Virus record (IMG/VR): IMGVR_UViG_3300032180_000001
Span: 64,001-128,000 of that record
DNA from: a virus
Length of the DNA stretch: 64,000 nucleotides
Reading direction: 5' to 3' (one strand)
In this document: positions 7,569 through 16,395 of the stretch, one piece after another
Position numbering within the stretch: position 1 is the stretch's first letter
Layout of the letters: every line of letters begins with the position of its first letter
Position numbers and translations under genes: made by a program
The notes under the pieces: generated by a model
The model's database searches: none
What the model was told of the DNA's origin: nothing
What the model saw: only the letters and a program-made list of their open reading frames with translations

Positions 7569-7911
7569 CCCACAACTTGGCCGCAAGATCCTCGACATCG
7601 CCGACTTCGAGACAGAGCGGTTCGACATGCTCGTCTGGGGGATGACGACAAGCTGCGGAACTGCTGCCTGCCTAGCCGGGCATACTCTGCTGCAATCTGG
7701 CTACAAGCTTGACGGCGGCGAGAACTTCCTTCGCCCCGATGGCACCCCCATTCCAAACAACCCAGGGGAAGAAGCGCGGCAGCTGCTCGGGATGACCAGG
7801 GGAGAAGTAACCTTTTCCGACATGGAGCTGCCCCTGTGGGTGGATTTCAATCACGGGCTGGAGCGGTTCCGGGCAATCGTCGAGCGAGCCGAGAAGGAGG
7901 GGAGCGAATGA
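7561..7911 (+). CDS. hypothetical phage protein (CGTAACLAGH motif)
   Basis: AAGGAG SD before ATG 7561; conserved-looking FDMxxW...CGTxACxAG motif. Confidence 0.65.
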   Translation: MDNPQLGRKILDIADFETERFDMLVWGMTTSCGTAACLAGHTLLQSGYKLDGGENFLRPDGTPIPNNPGEEARQLLGMTRGEVTFSDMELPLWVDFNHGLERFRAIVERAEKEGSE

Positions 7912-8129
7912 CTGACCCTAGCCAGCGCGAAATCCGACACCCAGACGTGACCGTGCACCTCTCGACGGGATGCGACGGCAACATCGGCGCGGTCATGGCC
8001 AGGATCACCGAGGGGCTGCGCCGGGGCGGGTACGCCAACGAGCAGGACGCCTTCCGGAAAGAGATCTTCAACGCAGAGAGCTACGATCACGCCCTGCGGA
8101 TCTGCATGCGATGGGTACACGTGACATGA
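7908..8129 (+). CDS. hypothetical phage protein (DGNxxxxM...SYD motif)
   Basis: AAGGAGG SD; ATGA overlaps. Confidence 0.65.
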   Translation: MTDPSQREIRHPDVTVHLSTGCDGNIGAVMARITEGLRRGGYANEQDAFRKEIFNAESYDHALRICMRWVHVT

Positions 8130-8380
8130 CAGACAGGCCATCGATCTTCGGGTTGCCGCTGGACGTGAAAGACACTGACCGGATCATCACCTGTACGCCA
8201 CTAGCCGGGTTCGTTGTCCTCAAGGCTCTCGACAAAGAAGGCGAGATCGTGTACCTGGGCGGCGCCACCGATGGCCTGAAATCCATTGAATGCCTGGGCA
8301 TGGCCCGGTATGCGGTGCTGAGGCTGGAGCACGGACTTCTGCAAGAACTAGAGGAAGAAGACGAGGAAAACGATGAATGA
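8126..8380 (+). CDS. hypothetical protein
   Basis: ATGA overlap at start; acidic C-terminus. Confidence 0.6.
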   Translation: MTDRPSIFGLPLDVKDTDRIITCTPLAGFVVLKALDKEGEIVYLGGATDGLKSIECLGMARYAVLRLEHGLLQELEEEDEENDE

Positions 8381-8831
8381 CGAGGAGCGCATGATGGGCA
8401 CGGCAGAGCCTTTTTCCTTCTCCTGGACTATCACCTCTGTTGTCGACCGGAACGCGACGACAACCGCGATCGAGGCAGATTTCAACGGGGAGCAGTACGT
8501 TGTCACCGGATCGGCCAAGCGGGAAAAAGGCGACGTCTGGGATCCGGCCATCGGGCTCACCCTCTCCTTGTCTCGCGCCCTGAGCGAGCTGTCAGCAGAA
8601 CTGAAAACGGACGGCCAAGCTCTCGTTCAGGCTGCCGAGCAAGCGAAGCAGGAGCGCATCAGCAGGCACATCAAGCGCGTGGAACGGAAGGTACTGAACG
8701 AGCCGGGGCAGCGCCAAACCCTTTCCATCACTGCCATCCGGGAGAAGTACGGCAATGAGGCCGCCAAGCGGGCAAGCGAGAGGCGTACCCGTACCCGATG
8801 GACCCCGATCGGACGAGACACTTTCGCCTGA
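8373..8831 (+). CDS. DUF1876-like (dsRBD-fold) protein
   Basis: TGSAKREKGDVWDPAIGLTLSLSRAL matches the actinobacterial DUF1876 pattern. Confidence 0.6.
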   Translation: MNDEERMMGTAEPFSFSWTITSVVDRNATTTAIEADFNGEQYVVTGSAKREKGDVWDPAIGLTLSLSRALSELSAELKTDGQALVQAAEQAKQERISRHIKRVERKVLNEPGQRQTLSITAIREKYGNEAAKRASERRTRTRWTPIGRDTFA

Positions 8832-9016
8832 TGTCCATGCCCGACGAAACCCGCGAGATAGCCCCCAACCTGAACGGACGGCAGAGGCTCCTAGCCGACG
8901 CGATCCTGCTAGAACGAACGGCTGTGGTGCTGCTGCGGCGGGGTGGAGCTGCGGCCACCGTCACCTATCTTAAGTCAACTGCACGTTACTGGCGAGACTT
9001 GGCGGAGGAAGAATGA
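8831..9016 (+). CDS. hypothetical protein
   Basis: TGATG overlap at start. Confidence 0.5.
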   Translation: MSMPDETREIAPNLNGRQRLLADAILLERTAVVLLRRGGAAATVTYLKSTARYWRDLAEEE

Positions 9017-9438
9017 ATCGGGCGATGCGAATCAGATGGCAGGCGGCACCAGACGACTTGATCGGCGGCTGGTGTGTGCAGATGGAAGGCGAGCTGACAC
9101 CATCAGAAGGCGGAATTCAGATTGCGAACTTCGTCAGCCAGGAGGTCGCCGAGCACACCACTCTACTGCATAACCAGTGGCTGGAAGCGCAGGCCGAAGG
9201 CACCGCGGGGAGTATCAGGCCGGGGCAAGTGTGGGCGGATCTCACACCTGACCTGAGAGGCCGGACTGTAGAAATCCTGAGCATCGAAAAAGGCAGAGCT
9301 GTCTGCAAGGTTCTGACCAATAGCAAATGGTCTGCTAAATCGGCCGGACGTACGGTAAAGATCAGCCTGTCCAGGTTCCGGGAAACTAATCATGGATTTC
9401 GGCTCGTCGAGCAATCTGGGGGAAAGAATTATGCGTGA
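9013..9438 (+). CDS. hypothetical protein (C-terminal SH3-like: GQVWAD...GRTVEIL)
   Basis: GGAGG SD; ATGA overlap. Confidence 0.6.
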   Translation: MNRAMRIRWQAAPDDLIGGWCVQMEGELTPSEGGIQIANFVSQEVAEHTTLLHNQWLEAQAEGTAGSIRPGQVWADLTPDLRGRTVEILSIEKGRAVCKVLTNSKWSAKSAGRTVKISLSRFRETNHGFRLVEQSGGKNYA

Positions 9439-9826
9439 GATAGTTACCCAGATCCGGATTTATGACGACCTGGATCATGCCCGGGACAAGAGCAAGAACG
9501 AGGCTGCGCACACGGTCACCGTCGGGCTGAACGGCGTCTGGCGCGAGCTGGACCTGTCGGAGGATCACCACAAGGAGCTGATAGCGCTGCTGCAGCCGTA
9601 CCAGGACGCCGGGCACGTGCCGGCCGAGGCACCAAAGCCGAATGATCCGCTGCGCGGGAAGCGGTCGAGCCCGGAGTTCGCGTACATGCAAGGAATGCGG
9701 GAATTCGCGAAGGCGAACAACCTCCGGTATGTCACCTCGACGGGTAAGTTCTATTATAGTACCAGCCTGAGGAAGGCATATGCCGAACACCTGGCGAAGG
9801 AAGCGAGAGGGGAGACAACGCTATGA
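9431..9826 (+). CDS. lsr2: Lsr2-like nucleoid-associated protein
   Basis: IYDDLD...TVTVGLNGVWRELDLSEDHHKEL..LLQPYQDAG aligns with the Lsr2 dimerisation domain; MREFAKANNL...AY resembles the DNA-binding domain. Confidence 0.75.
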   Translation: MREIVTQIRIYDDLDHARDKSKNEAAHTVTVGLNGVWRELDLSEDHHKELIALLQPYQDAGHVPAEAPKPNDPLRGKRSSPEFAYMQGMREFAKANNLRYVTSTGKFYYSTSLRKAYAEHLAKEARGETTL

Positions 9827-9990
9827 TGGGGACTATGATACTCATGAGACACGGAGTGAAGGCCGGGGACATAGGTCGTACTGTGAAAAAGCGCGAACTA
9901 GAACCCCTGAGCGTGCCCGCCGAAGAGCCGCTGACAGCTCCTGCCGAGGAACCGGCACCTGTTCTCGTGCCCGAACCGCAGCCTGCTTAA
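9823..9990 (+). CDS. small Pro/Glu-rich peptide
   Basis: ...DIGRTVKKRELEPLSVPAEEP...VPEPQPA; fills the gap between two genes. Confidence 0.5.
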   Translation: MMGTMILMRHGVKAGDIGRTVKKRELEPLSVPAEEPLTAPAEEPAPVLVPEPQPA

Positions 9991-9993
9991 ACG

Positions 9994-11195
9994 ATGCAGC
10001 TTACCTTGCTGGCACTGCTCGTCCCCTGGGTTGTCGCGATCACAGCAGTCACCATCGCTTGGCGGGGGAATCAGGCCTGGAAAAAGAAACAGGCAGCCGA
10101 AAAAGAGAGAAGAAGGGTTATCCCGAGAGTGAGCACCAGCGCCTGCCCAGGAGCGTACAACCTCAGTTGCACCTGCACCGGTAACTGCGGTTTCAGTCAG
10201 CCACAGCCGTTCATGTTTTACGGGAAACCCGCCTGCGATTGCCTATCCTGCATAATTGCCATGTCCGGCGGATTTTCGGCGGGCAGCGGGGGCGGTGGCA
10301 GTGCGGGCAGCAGCTTCGCATCGGGAGGCAACGGAGTATATATGGGTAACGTCAGCGGAGGAGGAGGAGCGGGCGGTGGCAGTGCGGGCAGCAGCTTCGC
10401 ATCGGGAGGCAACGGAGTATATATATGGGTAACGTCAGCGGAGGAGGAGGAGGAGCGGGCGGCAGCACGGGAATCAGCAGTACCGGATTTAGCGTCGGCA
10501 GCAACGGAAAAAGCATAGTCGGAAACGGAGTTCTTGGCAGCATGAGCGGGCAGGGTCGAGCCGGACGCGCAGGTATGGCGGGCTTTGGCGAGCAGGATTA
10601 CGCGTTCGCCGTCGGAAGCGTCCGCGGGTTTCGTATCTGGCGGATGACATCACCGCCACTGCACCAGAACCCGCATGAGGCCTCCTGGGTGCCTACCTTG
10701 CTCCGAGGCCAGGCAAGCATGGAGTGGCGTCCCGGTGTGCAGGAAGCCTTGTGCAAGTACGTTCCCTCTCACAAGCCTCCTGTTGAATATGATACAAACG
10801 AGAAAGCCGAATGTGGCTGCGGCTATTGGGCGTATTGGAGCATGAGTGAACTCGGCTCGATGGTTACCGCCGACAGCAGTTCTCTCCCGATCGCCGGGAT
10901 CATCGAAGGTACCGGACGAGTCATCATCGGCGAGAAAGGCTTCCGCAGCCAGCGCGCAGCCATCCTCGCGCTCGCGCCCGCGTTCAGCATCCAGATCCAG
11001 GGCGGAGCTTCCGGGCAATCCGAAGAAACCGACCGATCTGACGAAGACCGCGAGCTGAGAGAAGCGCAGGAAAACGGCGATAGCTGGAGCGGCATCATTC
11101 AGGTCAAGCTGATGGAAATGTACCCAGACGCGCAGGTCTTCAGTACCGTCGACGGAATGCTAGCAACCATTAAAACCGGTGAAATGAGCGAGTAA
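9994..11195 (+). CDS. membrane-anchored Cys/Gly-rich actinobacterial protein, split by a 2-nt (TA) expansion at 10418-10426
   Basis: ORFs 9994-10518 and 10425-11195 join in frame if 2 nt are removed. The C-terminal GFRIWR...CGCGYWAY...GIIEGTGRVIIGEKGFRSQRA pattern is a conserved-looking actinobacterial domain. Confidence 0.6.
10291..10457 (+). repeat. 81-bp tandem duplication with variable (TA)n and (GGA)n tracts
   Basis: Unit 1 (10291-10371) has TATATAT and GGAx4; unit 2 (from 10372) has TATATATAT and GGAx5. Confidence 0.9.
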
Positions 11196-11197
11196 CT

Positions 11198-11575
11198 GTG
11201 GGGGATCATCACTACTTCGTCACCTCTCCGGCCTGGGGGTACAACGACGAAACTGAAATCCGGGATTTTGAACGCGTGCTTCGGGACCACTTCCGCGACG
11301 TCCTGCTGTTTTTCGGCGCGTACGCCATGCACGATAAGGATTTGGATAATTGCGGGGTAGAATTTGATATGCCGGATAGGGTCGATGCGCTCAGCGGCAT
11401 CCTGAAAGAGAATATAGCGATCGTGGCCGCCTGGGATCATCCGTGGCAGCTAGAGGAGTACGCAAAACGTGAGCGGCTGTGGATCGTACCTGGCTGGAAG
11501 ACGATGGGGCTGGACAAATCGCAGCGTCCGAAGCCGAAACTAACCATTACCCCCTGGGAGCCAAAGAAACCATGA
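11198..11575 (+). CDS. hypothetical protein
   Basis: ORF in the cluster with an ATGA overlap downstream. Confidence 0.55.
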   Translation: MGDHHYFVTSPAWGYNDETEIRDFERVLRDHFRDVLLFFGAYAMHDKDLDNCGVEFDMPDRVDALSGILKENIAIVAAWDHPWQLEEYAKRERLWIVPGWKTMGLDKSQRPKPKLTITPWEPKKP

Positions 11576-11844
11576 CGGAACAGCTGGACGACGAGCCGGG
11601 TCGCGCCTACTGCCGAGTGCCCGACTGTAGATGGGTTAGCAGGGAGTTCCAGTTCCGGGACATGGCAGGCTGCGCTGCTTCGTGGCACATATATGAAAAG
11701 CACCCGGAAACCTGGCGAGACCTTTTCGGTGATCGCCCGCCGAATGACCCTGACCCGCGTACCGATGCTGGGCTTGCTGAGATCTTCCTGCGGAACGTAC
11801 TGGTATTATGGAGACCGACCGGAGATGCTGGTGGTGCGGGATAG
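11572..11844 (+). CDS. hypothetical C2H2-like Zn protein
   Basis: CRVPDC...HIYEKH. Confidence 0.55.
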   Translation: MTEQLDDEPGRAYCRVPDCRWVSREFQFRDMAGCAASWHIYEKHPETWRDLFGDRPPNDPDPRTDAGLAEIFLRNVLVLWRPTGDAGGAG

Positions 11845-11989
11845 CCGTAACCGTGGACATAGATCTACCGGAGAGCAACGGCCTGATCCGTGATGACAGT
11901 ACCCTCGACGGAAGTGAATCGTGGATCTGCGCCGATCATGAAGCATGCCTGCGCCGGGCACGGGAGATCAAGTGGGGAATGGGGTAACG

Positions 11990-12328
11990 ATGGCTCGGTA
12001 CGGACGACGGCTGACGTCCGCCGAGGCACGCGAGCTGCGGATCATCCGGGTAACCACCCGCGCGAAAGTGGCTGATCTCGCCAAGCTGTATAACGTATCG
12101 CAAACCACAGTGCTGTCTGTCATCCGCGGGCTGAGCTACCTCGACGCGGGCGGCCCGGCCGATGACGTTATCCTGCACAAGGACGTCCGACGGGAACACG
12201 GTACCGCTGCGTGCTACGCGACCGGATGTCGACTGCCGGCGTGCGTGCAGGCCAACAAGGACCGGAGCCGCGAGTACCGGCAGCGGAAAAAGAAGGAACG
12301 GCAGCAAGAGGGGACAGACCGGTCGTGA
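11990..12328 (+). CDS. HTH DNA-binding protein with C-terminal HGT..Y..GCRxxxC motif
   Basis: VADLAKLYNVSQTTVLSVIRG HTH; HGTAACYATGCRLPAC. Confidence 0.7.
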   Translation: MARYGRRLTSAEARELRIIRVTTRAKVADLAKLYNVSQTTVLSVIRGLSYLDAGGPADDVILHKDVRREHGTAACYATGCRLPACVQANKDRSREYRQRKKKERQQEGTDRS

Positions 12329-12525
12329 GTGAGGGTGCCGTAACGTATCCGAAAGAACCCTATGAAGCCGCGCGCCCGTGCCCATACTGCCAGGGTGCCG
12401 GGAAAGAACTGGTCATCGTGCAGGTGAAGGTAATCGTGTTCAGTCCGACGGTGATTGGCTACGCGGGAAGATGCGGCCACATCTGGGATCTCGCCGCTTA
12501 CCGAATTCAAAAGCAGACAGCATGA
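12325..12525 (+). CDS. small Zn-ribbon protein
   Basis: CPYC...RCGHIW; GTGA overlap. Confidence 0.55.
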   Translation: MSEGAVTYPKEPYEAARPCPYCQGAGKELVIVQVKVIVFSPTVIGYAGRCGHIWDLAAYRIQKQTA

Positions 12526-12556
12526 ACCAGGACGAGCACCTACCTGAAAGATCAAA

Positions 12557-12730
12557 ATGCCTAAGCTAAACGAGCTAACCCTCAAGCAGGTCAGTGAAGC
12601 AGCCTCTGACGTCCGGCGGAACGTTCGCGGGGCAGTTGACGCGGCCAAATCCGGAAACCGGACGGAAGCATACGCGGCAGCTGAGCGCGCCCAGCACGCA
12701 GCCTTTGAACTGAAGCAGTTGTTTGCATGA
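12557..12730 (+). CDS. small helical protein flanked by 21-bp direct repeats
   Basis: MPKLNELTLKQVSEAASDVRRNVRGAV...ELKQLFA; manual translation. Confidence 0.55.
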   Translation: MPKLNELTLKQVSEAASDVRRNVRGAVDAAKSGNRTEAYAAAERAQHAAFELKQLFA

Positions 12731-12936
12731 ACCAGGACGAGCACCCGCCTGGCTCGATGGCTGTCTGCCGGCACTGCGGAAAGCTGATCACCCGGCTGGT
12801 TGCTGGCTGGACCGACCTCGACGGCTTCTTCGCCTGCGTCAAGTCACCGACCTACTCCGTTCGCGACGCGGTGCTGCACGTTCCCATGCCGGACGGGCTC
12901 ATCGGCGCAGCCTTCGCATCGATCGTGCCAGACTGA
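12727..12936 (+). CDS. small Zn-binding protein
   Basis: CRHCG...W...C...H pattern; ATGA overlap. Confidence 0.55.
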   Translation: MNQDEHPPGSMAVCRHCGKLITRLVAGWTDLDGFFACVKSPTYSVRDAVLHVPMPDGLIGAAFASIVPD

Positions 12937-12961
12937 ACGGCATCTAGTATGGTAGGGAATC

Positions 12962-13312
12962 ATGACTAATGACCCTGTGACCCAGATGGCCAGGCGCCCG
13001 GGAGCCGGAGTAGCCATTGACCGGGACAAGCTGCTTCGCATGCGCCAGACCATGCTGCTGTCTCGTTCCCAGCTGGCCGCGAAGATGAGCGATGACGGGG
13101 AAACCCCGGAGTTTACGATCACCGCAGACGCGATCGCCAAGATAGAGAACGGCTGGCGAAAGCCGAAAACCGCTACCTTTGGCCGGCTCTGTGATGCTCT
13201 CGACTGTAAGCCGGAAGATCTCCTGCCCGATATAGGCTCCACCCGGCCGAAACCATGTCCGCATTGCCAGGGGATCTTCGGCCATGAAAGCGGCTGCCCT
13301 GATGCAACCTGA
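12962..13312 (+). CDS. XRE-family HTH transcriptional regulator
   Basis: LLRMRQ..LLSRSQLAAK...IAKIENGWRKPKTATFGRLCDALDCKPEDL; C-terminal CPHC...HxxxC. Confidence 0.85.
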   Translation: MTNDPVTQMARRPGAGVAIDRDKLLRMRQTMLLSRSQLAAKMSDDGETPEFTITADAIAKIENGWRKPKTATFGRLCDALDCKPEDLLPDIGSTRPKPCPHCQGIFGHESGCPDAT

Positions 13313-13589
13313 CGCCACGCTTCTTCCCTATGATGACGAGTACGATAACGAGTACAACGACGAATCTGAGTACATACGCCAGCTTGCCCAGTACTATCCG
13401 CGCCTGGATAAATACCGAACAGAGGTAACCGAGCTTTCCGACGATCGGGGGTTTTACTGGCATCTCTATTCCCGCGATAACGGACGGCGCGTCAACGGAG
13501 GCCTCGCCGGAACCTGGTCGGGTGCCCTGCATGCCGCCCGCCTAGCAGCAGCATACGGACACGGGAGCGGTGCTCATGAACGCTACTAG
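13302..13589 (+). CDS. hypothetical protein
   Basis: ORF in the cluster. Confidence 0.55.
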   Translation: MQPDATLLPYDDEYDNEYNDESEYIRQLAQYYPRLDKYRTEVTELSDDRGFYWHLYSRDNGRRVNGGLAGTWSGALHAARLAAAYGHGSGAHERY

Positions 13590-14100
13590 ATATCACGTCA
13601 CTATATTTAACACTATGAAACCAGTCAAAGTTCTACGGATGCCAAGTGGTGAGATAGCGCTGATAGATCCGGAAAACTGGGCTAAGGTTCAGGAACGTGG
13701 ATCTTGGCACATTAATAAAACTCCAAGTGGAAAAACATATGTGCGCAGTAGCTCCAATAAAGGACGCCCTAAAGTACTGCTGCATGTATTCCTTACTGGT
13801 TTTCAGGAGACAGATCATATAAATGGTAATGCGCTGGATAACCGAATTGACAATCTAAGATCCGCAACCCGTAAGCAAAACATGGCTAACCAAAGAATGA
13901 AACGTACAAATAGATCAGGCTATAAAGGTGTAAGCTGGAATAGTGATACGGGTAAATGGCGAGCAGATATATCAAGAGGACCCGCTCACTACCTGGGACA
14001 GTTCACTGATCCTGTAGAAGCTGCCAAGGCTTATGACATAGCAGCGCTTAACCTCTACGGAGAGTTTGCTCTAACTAACGAAAGGATGGGCTTGCTATGA
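13570..14100 (+). CDS. HNH endonuclease with AP2 domain (probable start ATG 13615)
   Basis: ETDHINGNALDNRIDNLR plus SGYKGVSW...YLGQF...AAKAYD...GEFA; AT-rich. Confidence 0.9.
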   Translation: MLMNATRYHVTIFNTMKPVKVLRMPSGEIALIDPENWAKVQERGSWHINKTPSGKTYVRSSSNKGRPKVLLHVFLTGFQETDHINGNALDNRIDNLRSATRKQNMANQRMKRTNRSGYKGVSWNSDTGKWRADISRGPAHYLGQFTDPVEAAKAYDIAALNLYGEFALTNERMGLL

Positions 14101-14346
14101 GGTACCACGTTACCCCATGGGGTTTTTTACTGGCTTGTCATCCTGATAGCTATTGTCGGACCGGAGGTTTACTGGGTTTTCGTCAATGGTGCCAACACTA
14201 TTTCAGATAACACCTGGGCGGTCGAGCGCCTGGACTCGCATCCGTTCGACATGTCCGACTGGACCTGGCTGCACTGGACTATCGCGCTCCTGCTCTGGTC
14301 TCTCTTCGGATGGCTCTCGCTGCACCTCCCCTTCCATATCCTTTAG
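14097..14346 (+). pseudogene. small membrane protein frameshifted at T6 (14123-14128)
   Basis: Removing one T gives MRYHVTPWGFYWLVILIAIVGPEVYW...NTISDNTW...HWTIALLLWSLFGWLSLHLPFHIL; ATGA overlap with the HNH stop. Confidence 0.65.
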
Positions 14347-14416
14347 CACAAAATAATTATCCCGCGGCTGGTTTCTGTCCGGAACTGGAGCCGGGTCTTT
14401 CTTAGAAAGGCACGGC

Positions 14417-15118
14417 ATGCGGAAGATAAAGAAATTCTCACTCACGATCCTCGTCTTTTCTGGTCTGCTCACTCTACTGGCTTTTACAGGTAACCAGGCT
14501 CCTGCTGTATCAGCGCTCCCCGCCCCACCGCACGGCTACCATCTGACCTATAGCCATGACTTTGCAACCCAGGGCTGGGGCGACTGGTCAATTACCTCGC
14601 AGAACGGCGCAACAGAAGCTGTTACCAGTCAGGGACTCGGTTCAACCCTGACAGCCACGATGCAGAATGTTGGCGCAAGTTCAGCCTTTGCGTTCAAGCC
14701 AGGCTCGTTTATCCAGGGATACGTGTATCTGGACCCGATTAACGGGGTAATTGCTAACTGGCCCGCGTTCTGGTCAGTCGGCCCGAACTGGCCGTATGGC
14801 GGGGAGATCGATTTCGTGGAAGGGCTGGGCGGATCCGCCTGCTGGCACACGCATTACCCAAACGACCCTAACCCGGGTGGTTGCGCCCCGGCCGGGCAGT
14901 TCACCGGCTGGCACGTCTTCTCCGCGCTCTGGACGCACGGGAAGGTTACCTTCTGGTACGACAGCCAGCAAGTAGGGACCGAACCGCTGACGACAGATAA
15001 AAATCTTCAGCTTGAGTTCGGTTCCACGTCAAACGATTTCGGCTGCTCGATCTGTCTCGGACCTCCGAAGTACCCGTCAACGGTTTATCTTCAGTGGGTG
15101 AAGGTCTGGCATAAGTAG
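14417..15118 (+). CDS. secreted glycoside hydrolase family 16
   Basis: Signal peptide; WPAFW...GEIDFVEG catalytic ExDxxE motif; WHVFSALW...VTFWYD. Confidence 0.85.
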   Translation: MRKIKKFSLTILVFSGLLTLLAFTGNQAPAVSALPAPPHGYHLTYSHDFATQGWGDWSITSQNGATEAVTSQGLGSTLTATMQNVGASSAFAFKPGSFIQGYVYLDPINGVIANWPAFWSVGPNWPYGGEIDFVEGLGGSACWHTHYPNDPNPGGCAPAGQFTGWHVFSALWTHGKVTFWYDSQQVGTEPLTTDKNLQLEFGSTSNDFGCSICLGPPKYPSTVYLQWVKVWHK

Positions 15119-15490
15119 TCAGGGGGCAGGCGTTTTCGCGGGCAGTTTCGCCAGTGGCGTGAGGTTCTGCCGGAGCAGCAAGCCGAGAACGATGCTAACG
15201 GCCGCCGTAGTCGATCCGATCGCTGATGGAGAGAAATGCAAGTGGAAGGCGCCGAGCGCGATCAGCACGGACGTGAGACCGCCCTTGATCACCGGAAGGG
15301 ACACTTCGCGAACGAGCACGGCGGTGAGAATCGAGAGCACAGCAGTAGTAATAACGGTGATCGCTCCGGTCTGGTCGGCGGTGAGATGCCAGCCCCAGGA
15401 CACGGCTAGCGCTACCGCAGTGTTAACGCCGAACAGGATGACGGCCGGCTCCGTCCGGATGAGGTTCAGCAGCTGCTTGAGGTAATTCAC
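15119..15490 (-). CDS. holin-like multi-TM protein
   Basis: About 4 hydrophobic segments; RTEPAV...LTADQTGAI pattern of actinophage holins; last gene of the late operon. Confidence 0.65.
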   Translation of the reverse strand: MNYLKQLLNLIRTEPAVILFGVNTAVALAVSWGWHLTADQTGAITVITTAVLSILTAVLVREVSLPVIKGGLTSVLIALGAFHLHFSPSAIGSTTAAVSIVLGLLLRQNLTPLAKLPAKTPAP

Positions 15491-15492
15491 GG

Positions 15493-16386
15493 TCAGGCCT
15501 TTCGGTTACGGGTCAGCAGGGTTACCAGGGCGAGAAGGCACCCGGATGGAGAAGGCGCCGAAGACGGCGGAGTAGAAGACGAACTCGGTGCGAGCGGCGG
15601 TGACGATGCGGGGGCGGGAAAGGGATTCTGCCCGGTAATCGCATTAAATTCGGAGCCGAGCGTCACCAGATCGACACCATCCGGATCCTTCCCGCTCGTT
15701 TTGTTTACCCAGTTAAGGCTGACCGGCGCCCAGGCTTCGCTGCTGAAGGTGGACCAGAAATTCCAGTCCATGTGCCAGAGTTTCCCCCAGGTGAGCAGCA
15801 GGAAACCAGCCGCGTCGTACCCGCAAATCAAAACGCAGTGCCCGCCGGCCAGCGAAGTGTCAGTGGTAACGATCCACGGCTGACCGTTATCGAATTGCGT
15901 GATGGCACTGTTCGGCAGGTTCAGCGCGACGGACAGGCAGCCGAACTCCCAGATCGCGGTCTTCATCTTCTCGATGGCGGTAATGTCCACCTCGCCGTAA
16001 GCCGCGATCATCACGCCCGCCATGCCGGGGTTTTTCAGGTAGCTGAGGCCGTCCGGGATCTGCGCTCCGTTATCGGTCGGGTTGCGGCCTGGCGGCCCTG
16101 CGTTCGGGTCGAAGCCGCCAACCACCTCGTACGCTGTCAGCACCGCATCGTCGGGGACGGTAACCTCGGAGCCCTGACCGAACCAGGTCTGCTGCTGTAT
16201 GATATTCGCATCACTCGCGAGTACACAGCACCCGTACGTATCATTCAGGTGCATTCCTATCACAGGGATACCTGAGCCCCAGTTAACGCTCGGCGGGGCC
16301 ACGTTCTCACGTAGGGAGGCGGTCAGCCGGACTCGGGGGCGTTCCGATGGTGTCGGGACTAGTCCGCCCCGGAATACGGTTGTCAT
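15493..16386 (-). CDS. papain-like cysteine peptidase (possible lysin)
   Basis: GCCVLAS nucleophile region, GHCVLICGYD His motif and LTWG; Pro/Ser linker with a hydrophobic-basic tail. Confidence 0.7.
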   Translation of the reverse strand: MTTVFRGGLVPTPSERPRVRLTASLRENVAPPSVNWGSGIPVIGMHLNDTYGCCVLASDANIIQQQTWFGQGSEVTVPDDAVLTAYEVVGGFDPNAGPPGRNPTDNGAQIPDGLSYLKNPGMAGVMIAAYGEVDITAIEKMKTAIWEFGCLSVALNLPNSAITQFDNGQPWIVTTDTSLAGGHCVLICGYDAAGFLLLTWGKLWHMDWNFWSTFSSEAWAPVSLNWVNKTSGKDPDGVDLVTLGSEFNAITGQNPFPAPASSPPLAPSSSSTPPSSAPSPSGCLLALVTLLTRNRKA

Positions 16387-16395
16387 AGGGCCATC

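Noticed and set aside
14351-14403. Terminator-like hairpin before the GH16 gene
   Set aside because: The stem needs several G-U pairs and a mismatch, so it is too weak to call.
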